Under the pieces are notes generated by a model. That model saw only the letters and a program-made list of their open reading frames with translations, was not told the DNA's origin and ran no database searches. From assembly GCA_963837845.1 (NCBI GenBank), contig CAWIOY010000001.1:22554-86553 (forward strand): 64,000 nucleotides of DNA. The letters run 5' to 3'. Of this stretch, positions 52,634 through 62,515 are shown one piece after another. Every line of letters starts with the position of its first letter. Within the stretch, counting starts at the first letter, position 1. Both the position numbers and the translations under genes were made by a program. Origin of the DNA: an uncultured beta proteobacterium. Lineage in GTDB: Bacteria; Pseudomonadota; Gammaproteobacteria; Burkholderiales; Casimicrobiaceae.

Positions 52634-53838
52634 AAATCGAGCGCGCGTACACGATAGTCACTTCCCCGGGGCGAAACTTCGTCACCCTCAAGATCGTGAC
52701 CGGCGACGGCGTTCATGGCGTGGGCGACGCGACGCTCAACGGTCGGGAGCTCGCCGTCAAGGCCTACCTCGACGAGCACGTGATCCCGTTGCTCGTCGGT
52801 CGCGATCCGCGCCGGATCGAGGACACCTGGCAGTACCTCTATCGGGGCGCGTACTGGCGGCGCGGGCCGGTGACGATGGCGGCGATCGGCGCGGTCGACA
52901 TGGCGCTCTGGGACATCATGGGCAAGGTCGCGGGCATGCCGGTCTACCAGCTGCTCGGCGGGCGCAGCCGGAGCGGTGTCATGGTATATGGGCATGCCAA
53001 CGGTCGTGACCACGGCGAGGCGGTCGAAGCGGTGGGGCGCTACCTGGCGATGGGCTACAAGGCAGTCCGCGTCCAGGCTGGGGTGCCCGGGCTCGACAAG
53101 GCCTACGGCGTTGCCAAGGGTGACCTGTATTACGAGCCGGCGGCGAAGGGCTTGCCCGACGAGGAAATCTGGGACACGGCGCTCTACCTGCGCCATACCC
53201 CGGAACTGTTCCGCAAGGTTCGCGATGCATACGGCGATGCGCCGCTCTTGCTGCACGACGCCCACCACCGCATGACTCCGATCGAAGCGGGGCGCCTTGG
53301 CAAGGACCTCGAAGCGTATCGGCTGTTCTGGCTCGAGGATGCGACCCCGGCGGAGAATCAGGAAGCATTCCGGGAAATCCGGCGCCACACGACCACTCCG
53401 CTGGCGGTGGGGGAGATCTTCAACTCGATCTGGGATTGCAAGGACCTCATCGGCGAGCAATTGATCGACTATATCCGGGCCGCCGTCGTCCACGCCGGCG
53501 GGATCACCCATCTGCGCCGCATCGCCGATTATGCCTCGCTCTATCAGGTCCGCACCGGCTGCCACGGTGCGACCGACCTGTCGCCGGTGTGCATGGCCGC
53601 GGCGGTCAATTTCGGCCTCTGGGTGCCCAACTTCGGCATCCAGGAATACATGCGCCACACGCCCGAGACCGACGCGGTCTTTCCGCACCAGTACCGCTTC
53701 GAGGACGGCTTCATGGTCATGGACGAGGTTCCCGGCCTCGGCGTGGACATCGATGAAAAGCTTGCCGCCAAGTATCCCTACCGGCGGGCGTATCTGCCGG
53801 TGGCGAGGCTGCGCGACGGCTCGATGTGGAACTGGTAG
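52630..53838 (+). CDS. manD: Enolase-superfamily D-mannonate dehydratase (ManD family)
   Basis: 402 aa: [28 protein letters not shown]...[19 protein letters not shown]...LLHDAHHR...[12 protein letters not shown]...[19 protein letters not shown] overlap with gpmA. Confidence 0.85.
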   Translation: MKIERAYTIVTSPGRNFVTLKIVTGDGVHGVGDATLNGRELAVKAYLDEHVIPLLVGRDPRRIEDTWQYLYRGAYWRRGPVTMAAIGAVDMALWDIMGKVAGMPVYQLLGGRSRSGVMVYGHANGRDHGEAVEAVGRYLAMGYKAVRVQAGVPGLDKAYGVAKGDLYYEPAAKGLPDEEIWDTALYLRHTPELFRKVRDAYGDAPLLLHDAHHRMTPIEAGRLGKDLEAYRLFWLEDATPAENQEAFREIRRHTTTPLAVGEIFNSIWDCKDLIGEQLIDYIRAAVVHAGGITHLRRIADYASLYQVRTGCHGATDLSPVCMAAAVNFGLWVPNFGIQEYMRHTPETDAVFPHQYRFEDGFMVMDEVPGLGVDIDEKLAAKYPYRRAYLPVARLRDGSMWNW

Positions 53839-53875
53839 GCGGGCGCGCCGCCTCGGCGCGCACCGCGGTACGGAT

Positions 53876-56800
53876 CTACTTCCCGAGCAGCCGCTGCGCC
53901 GCGGCGGCATCGCGGAGCGCGCCCATGGCCGCGAACGCGGCGTGCGCGGTGGCGAGGTCCTCGCGCGCAGCTGCGCGCTGCGCGGCGTCGCCCTGGGTGA
54001 GCTGGAGTGCGGCGCGATGGAGATTCGTGCGGGCGAGCTCCAGCCGGCTGTCGAATCGCTCCAGGTCCACGATCGCGGCATCGTACGCGCGCAGAGCCTC
54101 GGCGTGCGCACCCTGCGCCGCCAGGACCTGGCCTCGCACCCGGCGCCCGACCGCGAGGTAGTGCAGGGCGTTGCCGGCCTGCGCTTTGGCGATGGCCTGG
54201 TCGGCGAGCCGTATCGCATCGTCGAGGCGGCCGGCAATGAAGTACGTCTCCGCCGCGCGGCCGAGGGTCAGGTTGCACGCCAGGGCATTTTCGGTTCCCT
54301 CGATCTGTGAGAGGTACTGCGCGTACCATTCGAGCGCTTCGCTGATGTCGCCGCGCATCGCCGCGGCGTAGCCGAGGGCGTGCAGCGACCACGCCGAGAG
54401 CACCAGCTGATCGAGCAGCCGCGCACGCGCCCAGCTGCGTTCCGCGTGCGTGCGCGCCGCCTCGTCCTGTCCCATGTCGACGTTGACGATCGCCGCCGTG
54501 ACATCGAGCCAGGTCGCCAGCCGCTCCTCGCCAATCTGCGCGCACAGTTCCAGCGCCCCGAGCGTTCCCTCGAGTGCTGCCGGCAGCTCTCCCTTGCCGT
54601 ACAGACCCTGCACGCGGCTGAACTCGCTCCAGACCACGCGCGCCAGGGAGCCACTCTTGCGCCCTTCCTCCGCGTCCCGCGCGGCGTAGGCGAGGGCATC
54701 GTTCCAGCGGCCCCTGCCGGCTGCGTTTTCTGCCAGGAATTCGTAGCCCGAGGCGATCGTCGCCGGGGTCTTCGTGCGCTCGCCGAGCGCGATGGCCACG
54801 TTGGCCCAGCGATCGCTCTCGTCGTAGCGCAGCAGGTGCTGGTGCGCACCGGCAAGGAATGCGTAGATGGTGCCAAGGATTACCGGATCATCGAGCGGTT
54901 CGGCCAGGCGGCGCGCCCGCTCCAGGTACTCGATGGCCTTCTGGTGCTCGGTCCGATAGTGATAGTAGCGGCCGACCAGTGCAGTGGCCAGCGCCAGCGC
55001 ATTGGTCTGCGTGTCCGGATTGAGCTCGGCGATCGCCTGTTCGAGGTACGCCAGTCCGCGCGGATCGCCGATCGGAACGTAGGCATTGCCGACCTTGGCC
55101 TTGAGCGCGGCGCGTCCTTCGGGCGAAGTTTCCGCGGCAAGCGCGCGCTCGTAGCTCTCCACGGCGCGGGGGATGACTCCGCGCGCTTCGTGGATATCTC
55201 CGATGGTGTCGTCGATTGCCGCCACGTCCGGGCCCCGATCGAGGGCCTGTGCCGCCTCTCGCGCCTGCTCGAGGTACTGCAGCGCCTCGTCGTGCGCAAA
55301 CACGCGTTTGGCGTTCACCGCCGCCCGGCGCGAGTAGACCACCACCCGTTGCAGATCACCGGCATGCGAAAAGTGATGGGCAAGATCCTGGGCATGCAGG
55401 TCCAGGTTTGCCGCGGCTGCCTGCCCGGGGCGGGGATTGGCGTAGAGCGTCTCGAGGGCTTCGCCTACGCGCTGGTGCAGCCGGCGGCGGCGGATGGGAT
55501 TGAGCTCCTCGTACAGGACCTCGCGAATCTTGTCGTGGGTAAAGGCGAAGCTGTCGCCGCCGGCGCCGTTGACGCGAATGAGCTGGGCGTTGCTCGCCTC
55601 GTCGAGCGCATCGAGCAGCGCATCCTCGCCGGCAGTGGATATGGCCGCCAGCTCGCGGAAGGGAAAGATCTTGCCCAGCGCGGCGGCGGTGCGCAGCGTA
55701 TCGACCGCGGCGTCGCTCATGCGGTTGAGCCTTCGTCCGATGGCTTCCTTGACGCTTTGCGGAATGGCCAGCTCGTGCGTCTCCTTGCGTCCCCAGCGGC
55801 CGTCCTCGCGATAGATTTCTCCCTGCTCGATGAGCGACTTGACCACCTCTTCGATAAAGAACGGATTGCCCTCGGTCTCCGCGTAGAGGGCGGCCGTGAA
55901 TTCGTCGGAAACCATTTCCTGATGGAACAGGGTGGCAAGCAGCTTGCCCGTTTCCGCCCGCGACAGGCGTCCGAGCGCGATTCGCGTTGCCAGGCGCTCC
56001 CGGTTCCAATCGACCAGCGCGGCGGCGAGCGGGTGGGCGCGATCGAGTTCGATCTCGCGGTAGGCGGCGAGCACCAGCACGCGGCTCGCGCGCAGGTGCC
56101 GCAGCAGGTACTGCAGCAGCGACAGCGTTCCCTGATCGACCCAGTGCAGGTCGTCGATGAAGATGAGGAGCCCCCGTTCGGCCGAGAGCGATTGCAGGAA
56201 GCGGGCGGCGTTGTCGAACAACCGCAGGCGCTCCTCACTCGGGGAGAGGGGCGCGTTGGGCACGAGGGCGCCCAGCTTCGCCTCGATCTCGGGGGCGAAC
56301 TTGGCAATCTCGGGCGCGGTCGTGCCGAGTGCCAAACGCAGCTGCTCCGGGCTCTGCCAGTGGGCCCATTCGCGCAGAGCCTCGACGAACGGCAGGTAGG
56401 GGGTGGTCGCTTCGTACTCGTAGCAGCCTCCGCGCAGCACGATCGCGCCGGCGTGCTGGGCGTGCGCAATGAGGTCCTGCGCAAGGCGGGTCTTGCCCAC
56501 GCCTGGCTCTCCGGACAGCAGGGCCAGGTGTCCGCGTGCCTGCTGCGCCTGGTCCCAGTGGCCCTTGAGCTGCTGCAATTCGGCGCCGCGACCAACGAGC
56601 TTGCCGCGAACGAGCTGCTGCAACGGTGTGGCAAACGATGCCTCGACGTCTTCGACGCGCAGCGGCGGAAAGTCCGACGGCAGATCCGGGGCGATGATCT
56701 GGTAGATGCGCTCGGCCTCGGCGAGTCCGCGCAGCTTGTGCACGCCGAGGTCGCGCAGCGCAGTGCCGGCAGGCAGACCCTCGCTCAACTGGTCGGCCGC

Positions 56801-57208
56801 GGCGGTCGACAGGAGGGTCTGCCCGCCGTGGCCCGCGGCGGTGACGCGCTGCGCCCGCACCAGGGTCAACGAAGAGACGTATTCGCCATTGCGCGCCTCG
56901 GCGCTGCCGGTGTGCAAGCCGATTCGAACCCGGACCGAGCCGACCTCGCCCCAGTTCTCGCGGGCCAGCGCGCGCTGGGCCTCGAGCGCGGCGCCAAGCG
57001 CTTCCCCGACATCGTCGAATGCGGCGCAGAAGGCATCGCCGACGGTCTGGAAGACGCGCCCGCGGTGGCTGTCGATCGCCGACTGGACCAGGTCGTTGTG
57101 ACGCGCCAGCACGACCTTCGCGCTATCGGGATGCTGTGCGATCAGGCGCGTCGAGCCTTCGATATCGGTGAACAGGAAGGTAACGGTGCCGCTGGGAAGG
57201 CTGTTCAT
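53876..57208 (-). CDS. Class III adenylate/guanylate-cyclase-domain / STAND P-loop ATPase / TPR-repeat signalling protein
   Basis: Intact 1110-aa ORF with N-terminal cyclase fold (VTFLFTDIEGSTRL, VGDAFCAAF, RIGLHTGSAE). Walker A LSGEPGVGKT at aa 233-240. The C-terminal half is TPR-like helical repeats, with no HTH. Confidence 0.88.
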   Translation of the reverse strand: MNSLPSGTVTFLFTDIEGSTRLIAQHPDSAKVVLARHNDLVQSAIDSHRGRVFQTVGDAFCAAFDDVGEALGAALEAQRALARENWGEVGSVRVRIGLHTGSAEARNGEYVSSLTLVRAQRVTAAGHGGQTLLSTAAADQLSEGLPAGTALRDLGVHKLRGLAEAERIYQIIAPDLPSDFPPLRVEDVEASFATPLQQLVRGKLVGRGAELQQLKGHWDQAQQARGHLALLSGEPGVGKTRLAQDLIAHAQHAGAIVLRGGCYEYEATTPYLPFVEALREWAHWQSPEQLRLALGTTAPEIAKFAPEIEAKLGALVPNAPLSPSEERLRLFDNAARFLQSLSAERGLLIFIDDLHWVDQGTLSLLQYLLRHLRASRVLVLAAYREIELDRAHPLAAALVDWNRERLATRIALGRLSRAETGKLLATLFHQEMVSDEFTAALYAETEGNPFFIEEVVKSLIEQGEIYREDGRWGRKETHELAIPQSVKEAIGRRLNRMSDAAVDTLRTAAALGKIFPFRELAAISTAGEDALLDALDEASNAQLIRVNGAGGDSFAFTHDKIREVLYEELNPIRRRRLHQRVGEALETLYANPRPGQAAAANLDLHAQDLAHHFSHAGDLQRVVVYSRRAAVNAKRVFAHDEALQYLEQAREAAQALDRGPDVAAIDDTIGDIHEARGVIPRAVESYERALAAETSPEGRAALKAKVGNAYVPIGDPRGLAYLEQAIAELNPDTQTNALALATALVGRYYHYRTEHQKAIEYLERARRLAEPLDDPVILGTIYAFLAGAHQHLLRYDESDRWANVAIALGERTKTPATIASGYEFLAENAAGRGRWNDALAYAARDAEEGRKSGSLARVVWSEFSRVQGLYGKGELPAALEGTLGALELCAQIGEERLATWLDVTAAIVNVDMGQDEAARTHAERSWARARLLDQLVLSAWSLHALGYAAAMRGDISEALEWYAQYLSQIEGTENALACNLTLGRAAETYFIAGRLDDAIRLADQAIAKAQAGNALHYLAVGRRVRGQVLAAQGAHAEALRAYDAAIVDLERFDSRLELARTNLHRAALQLTQGDAAQRAAAREDLATAHAAFAAMGALRDAAAAQRLLGK

Positions 57209-57505
57209 GCGCGGAACGGGGCGGCAGGCATAGGGTCCAACCGGCTGGCGGAGCGATTACCTGTCCGAGTTGATTTCAACAGAATCTGCAATGCAACGCA
57301 AACCGATGGGCGCCCGACGACAGCCGGTGCGCACCGGCTCGCGCCGGCAGACGGCGCATGTGTTTGGGCGACTCCCGGGGGGCGTGTACTATCGGGCGGC
57401 CCCTTGGCGATGCGCCGCCCGGCCGCCGGGCGCGATGCGGCGAGGGCGAGCGGGCGGTATCGGGCAGCCGCTCCGATGCGCGTCCAATCCTAGCGAGCGA
57501 CAGCC

Positions 57506-58873
57506 ATGACGATCCAGACGATCAATCCGGCAACCGGGGAGCTTCTCGCGACCTACCCGGAAATGGCGCCCGATGCCGTGGGCGCCATCATCGGCGATGT
57601 GCACAAGGTCTTTCTGCAGTGGCGGCGAATCGGCTTCGCCGAGCGCGCAATCCCAATGCGCAGGGCTGCGCAGATCCTGCGTGCCGAGGCGGCTGAGTTC
57701 GCCCGGCTGATGGCGCGCGAGATGGGAAAGCCGGTACGCGACGGCGTCGCCGAGGTGCAGAAGTGCGCACTGGTCTGCGAGTTCTATGCGGACAACGCCG
57801 CGCGCTTTCTGGCGCGCGAGCCGATCGCCACCGAGGCGCGAAGCAGCTTCGTTACCTTCGTTCCTCTCGGCGTCGTGCTGGCCATCATGCCGTGGAATTT
57901 TCCGTTCTGGCAGGTCTTCCGCTTCGCCGCGCCCGGCCTGATGGCGGGCAACGCCGCCGTTCTGAAGCACGCGTCCAACGTGCCGGGATGCGCGCTGGCC
58001 ATCGAGGACGTCTTCCGCCGCGCCGGCTTTCCGGCCGACTTGTTCCGTACCCTGCTCATCGGCAACCGGCAGGTCGACTCGGTGCTCGAGAACCCGCTGA
58101 TCTGCGCGGCGACCCTGACCGGCAGCGGCGCGGCGGGTCGAGCCGTGGCCCGCAAGGCCGGCGAACTGCTGAAAAAGACCGTGCTCGAGCTCGGCGGCAG
58201 CGACCCCTACCTGGTGCTCGAGGACGCCGATGTCGATCTTGCCGCGACCGTGTGCACCCGCGGCCGGCTCATCAACTCCGGACAGAGTTGCATCGCCGCC
58301 AAGCGCTTCATCGTGGTCGAGAAGTTGCGCCCGGATTTCGAACAGCGCTTCGTCGAGCGCATGGCGGCGGCGAAGATGGGCGACCCGCTGAACGAGGACA
58401 CGCAGATCGGCCCGCAGGCACGGCACGACCTGCGCGACGGCCTGCACCGTCAGGTCGAGGCGAGCATCGCCCGCGGCGCCCGGTGTCTGCTCGGTGGCAA
58501 GATTCCCGAGGGCCGCGGCGCGTACTACCCGGCTACGGTCTTGACCGCGGTGACCAAGGGGATGCCTGCCTACGACGAGGAACTGTTCGGGCCGGTTGCC
58601 GCGATCATCGGCGTGAAGGACGAGGAGGAGGCGGTCGCGACGGCCAACGACTCCGCCTTCGGCCTTGGCGGCGCGGTGATCACTGGCGACCTGGCGCGCG
58701 GCGAGCGCATTGCCGCGGAGCTCATCGACAGCGGCTGCGTATTCGTCAACGACAACGTGAAGTCCGATCCGCGCCTGCCGTTCGGCGGCATCAAGGAGAG
58801 CGGCTATGGCCGGGAGCTTGCGGCCTACGGCATCAAGGAATTCGTCAACATCAAGTCGGTATACGTGGCCTAA
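57506..58873 (+). CDS. NAD(P)-dependent succinate-semialdehyde dehydrogenase (Sad/YneI-like aldehyde dehydrogenase)
   Basis: 455 aa: MTIQTINPATGE...PWNFPFWQV...LELGGSDP...GQSCIAAKRF...FGGIKESGYGRE. Close in layout to E. coli YneI. Confidence 0.88.
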   Translation: MTIQTINPATGELLATYPEMAPDAVGAIIGDVHKVFLQWRRIGFAERAIPMRRAAQILRAEAAEFARLMAREMGKPVRDGVAEVQKCALVCEFYADNAARFLAREPIATEARSSFVTFVPLGVVLAIMPWNFPFWQVFRFAAPGLMAGNAAVLKHASNVPGCALAIEDVFRRAGFPADLFRTLLIGNRQVDSVLENPLICAATLTGSGAAGRAVARKAGELLKKTVLELGGSDPYLVLEDADVDLAATVCTRGRLINSGQSCIAAKRFIVVEKLRPDFEQRFVERMAAAKMGDPLNEDTQIGPQARHDLRDGLHRQVEASIARGARCLLGGKIPEGRGAYYPATVLTAVTKGMPAYDEELFGPVAAIIGVKDEEEAVATANDSAFGLGGAVITGDLARGERIAAELIDSGCVFVNDNVKSDPRLPFGGIKESGYGRELAAYGIKEFVNIKSVYVA

Positions 58874-58890
58874 AGGCCGCAGCGGCCCGG

Positions 58891-58920
58891 CAGAAAGAAA
58901 ACCCCGCGGATCGCGGGGTT
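58891..58920 (-). terminator. GC-rich hairpin with a T-rich tail on the minus strand (likely terminator of the His-rich gene; may also stop the convergent dehydrogenase transcript)
   Basis: The plus strand has AACCCCGCG-GAT-CGCGGGGTT at 58900..58920. On the minus strand the stem is followed by TCTTTCTG. Confidence 0.5.
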
Positions 58921-59050
58921 GCCTGCCTGTCACGCTGCGAGGAGTCGCGGAAGGAATGCAGCTACGGGCTGTCGCGGTTAGTTGACTTCGGCGCACTCAC
59001 GACTAATCGCCGCACAACGTGATGCCCGGGCTCCGGCCGCCCGTCAATTG

Positions 59051-59278
59051 CTAATCTTCCGTGGCATCCGCCACTTCGGCATGCAGCTCGACATGCTTCT
59101 TGCTTGCAAGGTTCGCATGCTCGAGCGCATGAATTGCGTGCCCATGGGCGACATGAGCATTGTGCGCCGCCGCTTCGTGGTTTTCTTCGCCTACGTGTCT
59201 AGCCGCAGCGCGGTGGTGCTCGGCGGCCTTTTCGTGATGCTCCGCCGCTTTCTCGTGCAGTTTCTTCAGCTCTTTCAT
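59051..59278 (-). CDS. Histidine-rich 75-aa helical protein with HEKAAEHH repeats
   Basis: GAGGAA RBS plus ATG inside ORF 59051..59332. MKELKKLHEKAAEHHEKAAEHHRAAARHVGEENHEAAAHNAHVAHGHAIHALEHANLASKKHVELHAEVADATED has 15 His in 75 aa. Confidence 0.65.
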   Translation of the reverse strand: MKELKKLHEKAAEHHEKAAEHHRAAARHVGEENHEAAAHNAHVAHGHAIHALEHANLASKKHVELHAEVADATED

Positions 59279-59821
59279 GATCGTTCCTCGGTCAAGTATC
59301 GTTAGCCGTCGTGGCGCTCGTGACGCCAGCAACGAGGCTACACCAACCGCATGGCGGATTTATGACCGCAGTGAATTGCGATGCACGCATGATGGCGTGT
59401 TCTCACGCAGCGCATCCGCTCGATCGCGTTGCCTTGGATCGTCAACCTTCGACTGCACTCCGGGCAGCGGCTCGAGCGCGACGCAGCGCGTGAGCATGTT
59501 CAGTGTCGCGGCGGTGCGGTAGAGGTTGTGCTGTTGCTGACCGGGTGCACGGCGCCGCTTTGCGGTGCGGACAAATTGTGATTCTGGCAGGGATCGAGCA
59601 AATCCTGGTCGTGTACTCGCATAAGCGGGGCCTCGACCCACCCCTGCCGGCTCTTTGCCATGGTGGCTCCGGGACGCAAACGGATCGCGAGGGGCCGGCA
59701 TTGCCGCCTCTCCCCCAGGTATAGCGGGCACTAATGCAACCGTCACAATTCTGACGTATTCTCCCGCGGTGGTCGCGCTGCTCGCGGGCAATCGGCGGCG
59801 GACGAAAAACGAGGAGAACCA

Positions 59822-60835
59822 ATGAACCTACCGCTGCGTGGTCTTGCCAGGCTTCTCGCCAGCGCTGCCCTGATGCTGGCCGCATCGACCGCCTGCGCAC
59901 AGACTGCGATTTGCTACAACTGCCCTCCGGAGTGGGCCGATTGGGCGACGCAACTGCGGCTGATCAAGGACAAGACCGGGGTCACGGTGCCCGCCGATAA
60001 CAAGAATTCGGGTCAGGCGCTCGCGCAGCTTGTCGCCGAGAAGGCGAGCCCGGTGGCCGACGTCGTCTACTATGGCGTGACCTTCGGCATCCAGGCGAAG
60101 AAGGAGGGCGTGATCGCGCCGTACAAACCGGCACATTGGGCCGAGATTCCGGAGGGCCTCAAGGACCCGGATGGATACTGGTTCACGATCCATTCCGGCA
60201 CGCTCGGCTTCATGGTCAACGTCGATGCGTTGAAGGGCAAGCCGGTGCCCAAATCGTGGCACGATCTGCTGCGGCCCGAGTACCGCGGCCTGATCGGCTA
60301 CCTGGATCCGGCCAGCGCGTTCGTCGGCTACGTCGGAGCGGTTGCCGTGAATATCGCGCTCGGCGGCACGCTCGACGACTTCACGCCGGCGATGCACTAT
60401 TTCACGGAACTCAAAAACAACGACCCGATCGTACCCAAGCAGACTTCCTATGCGCGCGTGCTGTCGGGCGAAATTCCGATCCTGCTCGATTACGACTTCA
60501 ACGCCTATCGCGCCAAGTACAAGGACAAGGCCAACGTGGTGTTCGTCATTCCTGCCGAAGGCTCGGTCGTGGTGCCCTACGTCATGAGCCTTGTCGGCAA
60601 CGACCCGAACCAGGCGGCGGCCAAGAAGGTGCTCGATTTCGTGCTCTCCGACGAGGGCCAGGCGGTGTGGGCCAATGCCTACCTGCGGCCGGTGCGAGCC
60701 AGCGCGATCTCCAGGGAGGCGGAAGCGCGCTTCCTGCCCGCGTCCGAGTACGCGCGCGCCAAGCCGCTCGACTATGCCAAGATGGCCGACGTGCAGAAGA
60801 GTTTTTCTGACCGCTACCTGCGGGAAGTGCAATAG
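59822..60835 (+). CDS. ABC transporter periplasmic substrate-binding protein (family 1, PotD/AfuA-like)
   Basis: GAGGAG RBS and signal peptide MNLPLRGLARLLASAALMLAASTACA. 337 aa. Confidence 0.85.
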   Translation: MNLPLRGLARLLASAALMLAASTACAQTAICYNCPPEWADWATQLRLIKDKTGVTVPADNKNSGQALAQLVAEKASPVADVVYYGVTFGIQAKKEGVIAPYKPAHWAEIPEGLKDPDGYWFTIHSGTLGFMVNVDALKGKPVPKSWHDLLRPEYRGLIGYLDPASAFVGYVGAVAVNIALGGTLDDFTPAMHYFTELKNNDPIVPKQTSYARVLSGEIPILLDYDFNAYRAKYKDKANVVFVIPAEGSVVVPYVMSLVGNDPNQAAAKKVLDFVLSDEGQAVWANAYLRPVRASAISREAEARFLPASEYARAKPLDYAKMADVQKSFSDRYLREVQ

Positions 60836-60895
60836 CAACCAGGCGAAGTTCCCGGCGGTTCGCGCCGGAGTGACACCGCCCGGACGGGGCTACCG

Positions 60896-61711
60896 ATGCG
60901 CTCCCCGGTACGTTCGCTGCTGCTGACGCTGCCCGCGCTGGCGGTGTTCACCGCGTTCTGGCTGCTGCCGATGGCCCGACTCTGCGCAGTCGGTGCCTCG
61001 GGGCCGCAGGGGATAGCGGCATACTGGCTGGTGCTGGTCGACCCGCGCTACCTGCGCAGCCTCCTGGCCACCGTTGGCCTCTCGGTTGCGGTGACCCTGG
61101 CCGCGCTCGTCGTCTCGGGATTCACCGGCTTCTTCCTGCAGCGGCAGCGGTTCCCGGGCAGGACCTTGCTCGTTGCCCTGCTGAGTTTTCCGCTTGCCTT
61201 TCCCGGTGTCGTGGTTGGCTTCCTCGTGATCCTGCTCGCCGGGCGCCAGGGCCTTGTCGCCACCGTGACCGAGTGGCTGACCGGATCCCGGCTCGTCTTC
61301 GCCTACGGCATGGGCGGGCTGTTCATGGGTTATCTTTACTTCTCGATTCCGCGCACGATCCTCACGGTCATGGCCAATGTCGAGAAACTCGATCCGAGCC
61401 TGGAGGAAGCCGCCCGCACCCTTGGCGCGTCGCCGCTGCAGGTCATGACCGATGTCATCCTGCCGGCGCTCATGCCCGCGCTCATCGCTGCCGGCGCGAT
61501 CTGCTTTGCCACCAGCATGGGCGCGTTCGGCACGGCGTTCACGCTGGCCACGCAGATCGATGTGCTGCCGATCACGATCTACAACGAGTTTACGAACTAT
61601 GCCAACTTTTCCATCGCCGCCGTGCTCTCGCTCATCCTCGGCCTGGTGACGTGGCTGGCCCTGGCGCTGGCACGGCAGCTGACCGGCACCCAGGCTGCGG
61701 CGGCGGCGTAG
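60896..61711 (+). CDS. ABC transporter permease
   Basis: 271 aa, six predicted helices, EAA-like loop (LEEAARTLGASPLQVMTDVILP). Confidence 0.88.
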   Translation: MRSPVRSLLLTLPALAVFTAFWLLPMARLCAVGASGPQGIAAYWLVLVDPRYLRSLLATVGLSVAVTLAALVVSGFTGFFLQRQRFPGRTLLVALLSFPLAFPGVVVGFLVILLAGRQGLVATVTEWLTGSRLVFAYGMGGLFMGYLYFSIPRTILTVMANVEKLDPSLEEAARTLGASPLQVMTDVILPALMPALIAAGAICFATSMGAFGTAFTLATQIDVLPITIYNEFTNYANFSIAAVLSLILGLVTWLALALARQLTGTQAAAAA

Positions 61712-61717
61712 ATTGCC

Positions 61718-62515
61718 ATGCGCGCGCTGCCGGCACTGCGGTTTCAGCTGCAACTGGCGCTGGCGCTTGCAACGGCCGCGTTCATGATCGTGCCGGTGGT
61801 CGTGTCGGTATTAGCCGGGGTGACGGAGAACTACTTCGTGGGCTGGCGCAGCGGATTGACCCTGCGCTGGCTGGCGGAAGTCTGGGCGATGTACCAGCCG
61901 ACGGTATGGCTGTCGCTGCGCATCGCCATCGCCTGCGTCGTGGTCACCGCGCTCATCGGCCTGCCGGCAGCCTACGTGCTGTGCCGCCACGCCACGCGCG
62001 CCACGCGCCTGCTCGAGGAGCTGCTCGTCCTGCCGGTTGCGGTGCCGGGTCTGGCGACCGCCCTGGCACTGATACTCACTTACGGTCGCTGGCAGGCGCT
62101 GCGCACGAGCTGGCTGTTCATTCTGGTGGGCCACGTGCTGTTCACCTTGCCATTCATGACCCGTGCCTGCCTGGCGGTACTCTCCGCCATTGACCTCGAT
62201 GCTCTCGAGGAGGCCGCCGCGACCCTGGGCGCAGGGTTTGTCGAGCGTTTTCGCACCGTGGTAGTGCCCAACGCCATGCCCGGGATCGTCGCCGGGGCGC
62301 TCACCGTGCTCACGCTCTCGGTGGGCGAGTTCAACCTGACCTGGATGCTGCACACGCCGCTCACCCAGACCCTGCCGGTCGGGCTGGCAGACAGTTACGC
62401 CTCGATGCGCCTCGAGATCGCGTCGGCGTATACGCTCATTTTTCTGCTGATGCTGCTGCCCCTGCTGGTAGGCGTGCAGGTGGCGGCCCGGCGTTTCGTG
62501 GCGGGCGGCCGATGA
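61718..62515 (+). CDS. ABC transporter permease
   Basis: 265 aa with EAA-like loop (LEEAAATLGAGFVERFRTVVVP). Confidence 0.88.
   Translation: MRALPALRFQLQLALALATAAFMIVPVVVSVLAGVTENYFVGWRSGLTLRWLAEVWAMYQPTVWLSLRIAIACVVVTALIGLPAAYVLCRHATRATRLLEELLVLPVAVPGLATALALILTYGRWQALRTSWLFILVGHVLFTLPFMTRACLAVLSAIDLDALEEAAATLGAGFVERFRTVVVPNAMPGIVAGALTVLTLSVGEFNLTWMLHTPLTQTLPVGLADSYASMRLEIASAYTLIFLLMLLPLLVGVQVAARRFVAGGR

Noticed and set aside
54380-57493. 1037-aa ORF on the plus strand, antisense to the cyclase-STAND-TPR gene
   Set aside because: Same reasoning. It is low-complexity Arg/Gly/Ala-rich translation opposite a gene with clear cyclase, P-loop and TPR motifs.
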